Position numbers and translations under genes: made by a program. Source: Lingula anatina (lineage: Eukaryota; Animalia; Brachiopoda). Taken from it: DNA of 64,000 nucleotides. The notes below the pieces were generated by a model. That model ran no database searches. It was not told the DNA's origin and saw nothing but the letters and a program-made list of their open reading frames with translations. Positions 54,405 through 64,000 of this stretch are shown here, piece by piece (positions within the stretch are counted from its first letter, which is position 1; each line of letters opens with the position of its first letter). The stretch covers positions 15,724,651 to 15,788,650 of the forward strand of contig CM120647.1 of the NCBI GenBank assembly GCA_051362555.1, read 5' to 3'.

Positions 54405-56583
54405 CGGTTGTCGCAAATTCTTTAATATAGACGGCAATTAAAATCCACTATAACCAGAAAAACGCGTTCTTTCAGTGATGCACAATAGATGGTTAGAGTT
54501 GTAAACTCTGTGTGATAAACCTGAGCACACTGCCACCTATAATTCCATGTGCCGTTTGTCCCTTACCAAGAAATATTGAATTGCAGCAATTTTGTAATTA
54601 TGTGTGAATACAGACTTGGATATGCAGTCATGTTTCTTCATTATGACATTCTGTCCTTCAATATAAATCACCATTAAAACATATAAAAGCACTAACCTAT
54701 AAGCAGGTGACCATTTAACATTTGGCGGCAATATATGTTAGAATTTTCAGACATGTCCCTATTTCTTAAGGTACTCAGAATACTATTTTTCATGATTGTG
54801 CAAAATTCCATGCTTACAGTAAAAAGAGGAAGCGCTAGTTAGCAGTCTGAAGAGTTAACCTTCGGTTAATTGCTGTTTTTACTATTATGTCTAAACTAGT
54901 AACAAACCCTTCCTTATCAAAAACCTAGTTTAAAACACTCAACGTTGTGCATTTGCAGGTAGACCTGGAGTATCAATTCTCTATAAACGAATTTGTTCGC
55001 GCAAGCTTTGGATTCTATGAAAAGAATTAAGAGCGTTTAAATGAATCAAACAATTCAGATAACGTGATTTCTCAGGTTCAAATATTCCGTAACCACCGAA
55101 GATAGAGTCATTAAAATTGGTGAATATTATTTGAAAGAAATACAGAAACGATCAGGTTTCTCAAAATCGAAATACTAACCTATTGAGCACTTGTGGCAAT
55201 GGTTGGGACGCATGGCGCTGAGAAGAACGAATCAACCCTGGTAATGGTCTGGACTGACTCTGTCAAACTTCTCAGGCAGAACGGGACGATTAAACTCAAG
55301 GCAGATTCGTGGCCGTTTTTATACTTATACAGCGCCGCTTGCATAAGATAATTGCGGCAATTGGCAGTAAACACGATGTATGACACCTTTCTTGGAAAGA
55401 GTCCGATGCAAATTTATCAGGTGCACGCTTGGTGAATTGGGTGGCGTCTTTTCAGTTTTACTGACATTTTTACATTTATGGAAATTGCTGTGGTGCTTAA
55501 CATTGAGCTTAGGTGTGCATATTCAAAATTTGAATAGATGATAGAAATAAGGAAATCTGTGATCTGGTACATTTTTTGTAAGCCATGTTAAATAGGAATA
55601 AATGTTACAGTTTTCAGCTTTCATCTTATGATTTCAAAATTAAAATTATAAAAATAAAAACGAAATTAAGGATGTGACAATTATTAACCGAGTGTAAATT
55701 ATGTCAAGCACTTTAAATAAATGCACATTTAAGACTGATATTGTCTAACTGGGTAGCTAAACATTAAATAGAGCCACGAGTAATGATGTGTGCTATTCTA
55801 TATGGTGAACAAAGAATGGCAATGTGTATATTTGACACAGTTTAGGATGTTCTACCCCCCCCCCTCAGCTCTCCCTTTCTCTTTCTCTCTCTCCTCTTTC
55901 TTTCTCTCTCTTTTTTTTTTCACAAACACACACGCACGCCCGCATGCATGCACCTCTCTCTCTTTCTCTGTATCTCTTTCACACACACACACACACAACT
56001 CTTTCTCTCTCCTCTCTCTAAGTCTTTGCGCACAAAAACACACATCCACCTCTCTCCCTCTCTCACATACACGCACATACACACGAACACACGCACGCAA
56101 TGTGCTTAATACATGTAGAAGAAGGGCGTGTGTGTGTACTCCTAGACAGGTTCCATACAAATTTAAACTGCTATCTGCTTTTTTTACTGGTCGGGCGTTA
56201 TCGTGGATTTACACAATAATCAACTGAAGGGGTAATGCTTAATTCATGTGTCTAAAAATACATATAATGTCAAAAAAATGAATTATATCATAATAAAAGT
56301 CAGCCATAAAGCAAAAAAAGCTAGCTGTTGTTTCGCCCTTATGCAATATGCAATGAAAAAATTCAAATTTGGTTTATGAAGTCTGCCTGTCGCAGTACAT
56401 TAAGTAGGAGTACAAGCAGGTGTTTTCACTTCTATTATATCATAACATATAAACTGCAAGGCGGATAAACTCTTGGAGACATTTATGTTCACATCATTGC
56501 GGGTAAAGTCAACGTTTCACTAATAAACATATTTATTTTCTCTATGTGAAGAAAAAATATTTAATGAGCTCAATTTCATTTAA

Positions 56584-56905
56584 AGAACAACTCTTCGTAT
56601 GAGATCTATATTTCACAATAAAAACATTGTGAACAACTCATCGAAATATAGTAAATTCTGTTGTACAAGAAAAACGGCAGTTATAGCTATCATTCTGATA
56701 TCTGAGCTTGTCTTTATACCATTTGACCTCCATTGATGGCTAAACTCTGTTATAATCTCTTAAGAGATTATAGAAAAACAAACTTTAAAAAAAAAACAGG
56801 GACTAACTTTGAATGTAAAAATGGATTCATTAACGATTGGCAAGTTGGGGGAAATTGTTGTTTACTGAAGGAAAATTCATTTTTGGCCAAAGAGTTATTA
56901 TCCCT
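56584..56905. mobile_element. Non-autonomous TTAA-site insertion (Kolobok-like) upstream of copy 6
   Basis: Inserted into CATTTAA|G(A)CCATATTG, which is uninterrupted upstream of copy 3 (about 29920); flanked by TTAA and CTAA; imperfect ends AG...AACTCTT / AAGAGTT...CT. Confidence 0.55.
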
Positions 56906-57032
56906 CTAAGGTCATATTGTTTAAGATATAATGTCATAAACTTCAAAGGATGACACTACTGACACCTGTTTGTTCACCATAATTTTAAATTTATTATCAC
57001 ATTATTTTAAAAAACGCATTAATTTTTTAGAA

Positions 57033-57238
57033 ATTAACAATTGAAATCAATTTCAATCGCCCTTGTTTGTCTTTTGACAGCCATAGAGACATCATCAGCG
57101 ATTGAATAACGCACATAAATATCGCGAATATTAACATTCGTGTAACTTGAAAAAGTCGGAGAGGAGGATAAAAGAGGTGAGACGCCCCGTTAGACTGTCA
57201 CACTGCTTTCTGACCGTGGACGGGTTCACAGCTGAAAG
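57033..57238 (+). promoter_or_regulatory. Promoter and non-coding exon 1 of copy 6
   Basis: GATAAAAG at 57167, TCACACT at 57198, donor at 57239. Confidence 0.7.
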
Positions 57239-57814
57239 GTAAGGTGGAATAGTTAGACCAGGCAAACTGAGGCATCCGTCAGAGCCGTATCCTTACCTTT
57301 TAAATGTTATTAAGACATTGTTGGATGGAGAGTTGGAAGAGAAAAGGGGAATAAGTATAATGTTTATGTTGTCTAACCAGTAATGAAATGAAAATATTAA
57401 CGTGAGCTGATTTCAATAAAAACATACTTCAGTACACAATTAATTACGCTGTTTAAATAATGAATGCTGTAAATTTAAGGTAACACTTTGGTGGTGTTTA
57501 TTTTTTCTTTTTAATCTTCTGAGTGTGAGTACAGTATTTCTAATAAGCTTAATGAATGGGAGATTGTTTAGATATTTGTTTTTTTTAGTTTTCAGAACAG
57601 GTTAAACATGTTAAATTAAAATCGATAAGACTTTCGTGGATAACCATTGATTAACTGCTTTAAATAAGGTGCTCTTTTGGAGAAATCTGCCCACTCTGTA
57701 AGTAACTGATTTTAGGAAGAGAAAGAAATTGAAGTTGTGTTTGTTTGTTTGTTTACTTTCAGTGAAAATAAAAACATGTCTAACTGCAACAAATCTATTT
57801 GTATTCAGATCACA

Positions 57815-59033
57815 ATGAAGATCATACTAGTGTGCCTAGCTCTGCTCGGCGCTACTTATGCTTATGAACATTTACCAATTGGTAAGTTTTAAGTAGCAGT
57901 CTCTGTAAGGTTCAGAATAGGGTGGCACATGACCCTCTCAGATTTTGATGAAAATTGGTGTATTTGTTCATTATAGCCCCAAACCAACATAATGGATATT
58001 GGTTTGTTTGAATCACCCTCGGTTGCCATGGTAACAGCACTTAAAAATTTTCACCCAAGATGGCGGAATCCAGATTGCAAAATTTCAATTTCAGCTATAT
58101 TTGAGCTAAAAAAACCATAAATGTGGATAAATAAACATTTTTCATTTTCAGACATTGTTAAATATCATATCCTATTTGAACTAAAAACATGTAAATAAAT
58201 GTTTTTGGTGGCCTTTAAAAATTAGAAAAATAACTTTGAAAATGGGGAATTTTCAAAAATTCCAATTTTTGCTAAAATGCCCAAATTTGCAAATTTCAAA
58301 TACATTTTTCATAGACTGGCCAAAGCCATCTATTATCACCATACATTACATAAGAAAGTACATGTACTGTCCTTTTATAATCCTTATATAGTCCTTTTAT
58401 AGTCCTTTTATTTATTTATTCTTTTTTTATTTATTTTTGATGAAATGCTCAAGGCGCTCAATGTTTCATCATGAGAAGTACACAATTATATTCCAGAGGA
58501 AGTTGAGAAACGATGCCTGGTTGACAAACCGGAAGTGTCACAAGGTGTCGCCTACGTCTCAGACTCTGACTGTGCATATTACTGGCAGTGTGACTTCGCC
58601 TACACCGTACTGAAGAATGTCACCCTCAAAAAGTGTTCCATCGGAACGTTGTGGGCCAAGATCGGGGTTTTAGCAAACCCACCATTACCGGGCGAGGAAC
58701 CCGTGGTTTGTGTCAACTGCGCCCAGCAGCCGGACCCTAAATGTCATGCACAGTACCCACAAGGGTCAGAACAGTGTCCAAATGGTATGTAACACTTTAA
58801 AGTACTTTTTATTCCATATGCCTAGGTCACTGAAAGAATGCAATGCATTTTCACTTTTGGCTCACAAATGCTTCTCTGTGTCCAATTTCAGGTTTTTTTC
58901 TTTTGTGCTTTTGTTGAAAAAAATCCTTCCCAAGCTGTTCACTGGTAGCTAGTATTGTTTTAGCACCGCCTACAAAAAAAGGGGGGACTTTCATGGCGTG
59001 CACATATTTTTATTAATCTTATTTTGTTTTGTT

Positions 59034-59068
<35 letters not shown>

Positions 59069-62000
59069 TTTTATTTTGGAAAAAAAGATAATATAGTTGT
59101 GATAAAGTTAAGATGTGTATAGATAATTTAAAAGAAAATAAATTGATTAGGCAATTTAGCTTTATCGGGGTTTCTTAATAATTTTGAAATATATGATAAT
59201 AAGAATAATAATCTTTATTGTTTACATGCTCTCTACTCTACTTTTAGTTTTATAACATATATATAAATACAAAATACATATTGACTGCTTACTGGGGAGT
59301 AGCACAGGATAAAACGATTATTATTTTTTTCAAACTTTCATTTAATATGAAAATATTTACATTTTGCCTTCCTCGAGGTTCGTGCTCTCGGGATGCTTTT
59401 TTTAAATATTATATTACATTATATTACATTATATATTATATTATATTATATTATATTATATTATTACAATATATTTAAGCCACAACGCCTGGCCCTACTA
59501 CAACGGAAAAACCACGACCTCTTGGACCCAGTAAGTTTATGTTGTTTCCCTGAAACGTTTAGTCAACTCATACATTGATCAGTACTCAGGCACTTATTTG
59601 GCAATTTTGTAAATTTCTTTTTAAAATTCAAATAATTTTCTTTTAACTGATTGATGTTTCAAGCAGAGGAGTAAGCTATTCTCATGGGTACGTTTACAGA
59701 TCTGGTCTGCACCAAAGACTTACGTGTATTTCAAGGCATTAAACTAATACAACCAAAAACATTAAGGTAGTGTTTGATCATTATGTGACATCTTTACTAC
59801 CCTTGGTGCCGTCTGGGCGGGAACTGCTACAGTTCTGCCCTCTTTCGACCCAACTAAAGCGTTATTTATGAAGATTTAATTTCTTATGTTAAAATTATTC
59901 CAGAAATTTGTAGACTTGAACCTCAGAATATGGTGTTCCAAGAAATCGTAGGAGAAATAAGCGAAGTTTGGTATTGGGGAGCGAATGAAACATTCAGCTG
60001 TGGACATCTCATCTTTAATTTTAAAAAATGTGAATGCGACGCTGCACGTGAGTTTTTTGGAATATGTTTTTCAACGAATGCGCTCGATCACCGCTTTCCG
60101 TTTAATGATGTATTAAGGAAACAACAACAGTGACCGGTTGTATGTTTATACCAAAGATTCAAAATCACAAATAGCTTATAACTATTTATAAATTGCAATG
60201 TGCATCATTTCCCCGCCTTTTCCTCGGGTAATTCATAACGGAATAAGTGGCTTGAGGGTGTAAAAAGATTGGTGTGAGATTTCAACATATTTATTTTGGA
60301 CATCCGCACAGTGTTTTTATAAAATTATGTTTCTGCTATTATTTCTGCTGAATTCCCACTTCGGTGGCCATTTGTTGTGGAAAAAATCGTATTGTGTTGC
60401 GTTGGAGAAATTGCTTTGAATCGCTATCTTGTTTAGTTCGAATTAAACTCTGCGTCATTTGTTCGGATGATTAATAGCTGAAGAAGTGATTTGAAGGTAT
60501 ATAAAGATTGACGTGAGATTTCATTAAAATTAATTTTGGTCATTTCTCCATGTTTTCATATATTTATTTCTACTATTATTTCAGCTGAGTTTCCAGCTAG
60601 GTGGAATTTTGATGTGAACTTGAACTCGGACAAAAACAGACTTTACGCCGCCAACGAACCAGTGGGCACAGTGGGTTTGTCGGTAATAGAGCCAGGATGC
60701 GCCGAGTTTAACGGAACAGGTATGGGGATGTCTTCTTTGTTAATCTTTCTAGATTGGATTTTATGAACACAATCATAAATTAAAAATCATTAATTAATCT
60801 ATTTATTTATTTATTTATTTAAAACATTTAATTTTAATTTGTTTATTATATTGTATGGCCTTAGCATGAATTATCAATACGATTGAAATACTACAATTTG
60901 TAATGTTCTCTTATATTCAAGGCGGACTTCAAATTCCATACTTTAAGAACATGCGTCCTAGGAAAACTTGGGTAACCGCTGTTGTCTTCAACAGAGATCC
61001 GCCACAGAATGCTGTTATCCTTTACGAGTGCATTACCATCTTTATACATGGTGATACAGTCACGGCATCTGTAGTAGTCAGGAGCCCCTTGAACAAGGAA
61101 GAAACCTTGACAGTCTCAGTTGACGTGCGTTTTTTAAGATATTTCACTTTTTGAATTGTATTTTATATGCTCGTTTTTACTTCATAATTTTTATTGTTTA
61201 ATTTGCGAAGCAGTGCTTCTTTGTACATCATTCATTAAGTGTTAGAGAGATTAGACATTTCGTTGACAGTATCTCTGCGACTTGGGCGTGACTTCAAAAG
61301 TCCGGGTCATATCCTCAAAACAGTACGTTATACCATCTCCGTGTTCAGTTCATCTATTCATTTAGTAATTCATTGTTCAATCAATGTGTATTTATGTTTA
61401 TTCAATAGTGTTCACATTGCACTTATGCGCTACGTGAACACTATTGAATAAACATAAATACACATTGATTGAACAATGAATTAAATGATTAATATTTTTT
61501 TAAAAACTTTTAATAGGTTAACAATGGAATAGATAATAAAAAACACTGTGTACTAAGAATTTCGTGTTATTCCAGGCACCCGGGGACGGATATATACTGG
61601 TGATCTTGATATGGGACGGGAGGACATTAACTCTCATCGTATTCGCCGGCGGCCATGTGTACGAGAGCTCTATTACGGTATCAAATGGTACGCATGGTTT
61701 AATTATTGAGTCTTATCTTAGATGTGACATTTCATGTTATAACATTATGAAGTTGCTCTTAGAGTAAGAAATTACATTAACTTTTATATACTAAATCTAA
61801 CAGATAATAACTTAACTACTAAACAGTTATCGATCTCCTACATGAAACTGACAAAATTTAATTGTTATCTCCGACGTCTCTTTCTAATGGAACTCCATTA
61901 TTGATTACAATTTCAATGGTTTGATGAAAAAAATTATGATAATGGGTTAGCAATAAGGGCAATATTAATGGTATTAAGTGGAAAAGGACCAAATTGTAAC

Positions 62001-62994
62001 TCCAGTGGAGCAAATGTCAAACAGTGATCAAATTATGACATGTAACCTAGGCCTAAATGGCAAAATGTGCCATTTTCAGTTATGCATGCTGTTCATGTTA
62101 TTTTTCATTATTTTCATCATTATTTTCAGCTGTACATATATGCTGCTAATTAAGCATCTTATTTATCAGTACTTAAGTTTCAACATATTATTTCAGTCGA
62201 TTACCCATGGTCTATCGTCTGTTTACCAGCACAGCCGCTATTCGTGGGTTACGTGCCGTGGCCATTCGACGATGATCCAGCTCTACCCGGAAGCTATTCT
62301 GGCAATATTTGTTGGGTGAATATATACATTTACTACATACTAGTCAATTGCAGACCCATGGTTTTCTTTGGGGGGGGGGGGGGGGGAGGGGGTAGATAAT
62401 TTTTTTCTCGGGTAATCCAAGAGAGATAAAAACAGTACACAAGGAGGATTTTATTATTATGATATGAACAAGTACGGTCCAGGGTTGAAGACGTTTTATT
62501 TCGTGTTTTGTTGTTCACAGTGTATTTTGCCACGAAGAAATCCTCCGCAATTTAAGCCCCCTGGTCTTTTCTGTGCCCCGTAATACGGCTCCGTTTGAGA
62601 GTAAAAAAAAAACTTTTCCTGCCGACAACTGGCCGATCATTGAGCATTCATTCTGCGACAAAATCGGTGCTTGTGCCTCCTTTCTGTGACCACGGCGATG
62701 CCAGTTCCATGCTGGCACAAAAAAAAAAACTGCGGAAACGACGCCGCCCAGTATACTGGTTGAGGGGATTGAAGGAGGAGTGGTAATTCGCCAACTACAG
62801 TACGGTACTTACGTCTGATGAGAAAAAAAAAGCCAAATTTGTGGGAATATTCACCTTTAAAGGTACATATATGTGCTGTCTTTTAACCTTTATTCATCTA
62901 TTTTCAGCTCTTCTTTACCGACAAATTGTATGATAACGCCGATGCTGTCAAGGCCGACATCCTCCTTGATTACGTTGGACCACCTTTTGGATAA
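57815..62994 (+). CDS. Copy 6: Pif/LamG3-like secreted chitin-binding + LamG protein, 401 aa
   Basis: Coding exons 57815-57881, 58497-58784, 59480-59530, 59904-60047, 60585-60719, 60922-61124, 61576-61687, 62197-62315, 62908-62994 (1206 nt, open frame). Exon 1 ends at 57238; AATAAA at 63268. Confidence 0.86.
57893..58400. mobile_element. Probable truncated DNA-transposon fragment in intron 2 of copy 6
   Basis: About 0.5 kb absent from the homologous intron of copy 5; contains GTTGCCATGGTAAC and CAAGATGGCGG. Boundaries approximate. Confidence 0.45.
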
Positions 62995-64000
62995 TTGGTG
63001 GATACAATGACGAAAGACCCCCAGCAAAGCGAGAAACGGCGATAACCTCGTTCTGCGAAGAGAACATCTATATATAGGACTCATAAGTTCCAATGATGAT
63101 TTTTGATAATCGGATGTAGAACGTGATTCCTGACAAAACGCGGGCGTGTTTGAAACGTTTCTTGTTGCTGGAAAGATCTTGATTTTACGATGACGACCTC
63201 TTAACTTTTGGACGTAATGTTCGTAGTTCAATAGACTTAATGTCCTGTGTTTAACACAGATGTTGTGAATAAACTTTAGAAGCATTTGAAATAATGTTTG
63301 TGTGTTTTAACTTTTGTGCTGTGTGTGTTGAGAGAGAGAGAGGTGAATTGTGTGAAGCGTTTCAAACTAACTTGTGCGTTTTGGTTAATTTCTTTGGTAT
63401 ACAGTGTGTGTGTGTATGTTTGTCTGAGTGAGAAAGTGATTTGTTTTATTCAGCGGCACCTAGATATTGAACCAATTGCGATGTCAAGATGCCGACTAAA
63501 AGGGGAAATTTCTCGTCCAATCAAAATGTCAAATATGTCATCCAACTTTTCCAGTGTTGAAAATGTTATGGTAAATGGTCCAATTATAGGGCTGTGTTCC
63601 GGAGTAAATAGCCTTAAAAAAACAATGGTCAAGGAACGCACCCCAAACCTGGACAGACCCGGTACCACAGGCGATATTGCCCTACACACACTCCTCAACA
63701 TGTCCACGGACACTCGTTTGGCTTTCGAGAATTTTCGATTCCCAAGCAAAGATTCCCGTGACGATTAGAAGGTTTCATCATCTGTGAAGCCAACGGTCGT
63801 GACATATTTAATTCAAATTTCACTCCATTTCCAAGTGGTGACTTCAGGGGCGATTACAGAATGCATAATGACAACGCACTTGCTCACAGTTCTCGTCTGC
63901 TTGATTTGTTGCAGAATCGAAATATTCTGATAATGGAACTTTTTTTAATTGTACAGCCAGTTTTTGCTCCCACTGAATAAAATATGAATATTTTCAGCAG

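Noticed and set aside
45300-63273. Copies 5 and 6 as an uncollapsed-haplotype assembly artefact
   Set aside because: They differ by many amino-acid changes in exons 7-9, by exon lengths and by separate transposon insertions, which fits true paralogues better; read depth would settle it.

Overview
AT-rich, intron-containing animal genomic DNA (probably a lophotrochozoan such as a mollusc, inferred from the protein family). From about 8.7 kb to the end, the window is a head-to-tail tandem array of six paralogous 10-exon genes on the + strand, spaced about 6-12 kb apart. Five copies (1, 2, 3, 5, 6) splice by hand into intact ORFs of 399-404 aa; copy 4 is a truncated pseudogene. The protein has a signal peptide, a Cys-rich peritrophin-A/ChtBD2-like chitin-binding domain, a Pro/Thr linker, a second degenerate Cys module, a laminin-G/concanavalin-A-like domain and a short acidic tail. 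This is the VWA-less Pif/LamG3 architecture of molluscan shell-matrix proteins. The array shows exon-level mosaicism between paralogues, a visible off-register recombination scar before exon 6 in copies 5 and 6, and an (ATATT)n microsatellite fixed against one splice acceptor in every copy. Most repeat units also carry a TATA-led, spliced, minus-strand relic that diverges from the main gene. Mobile DNA includes three independent insertions of one decayed 1.66-kb Tc1-like element, an internally deleted mariner and several MITE-like hairpins. All gene models were read by eye; no database searches were run.
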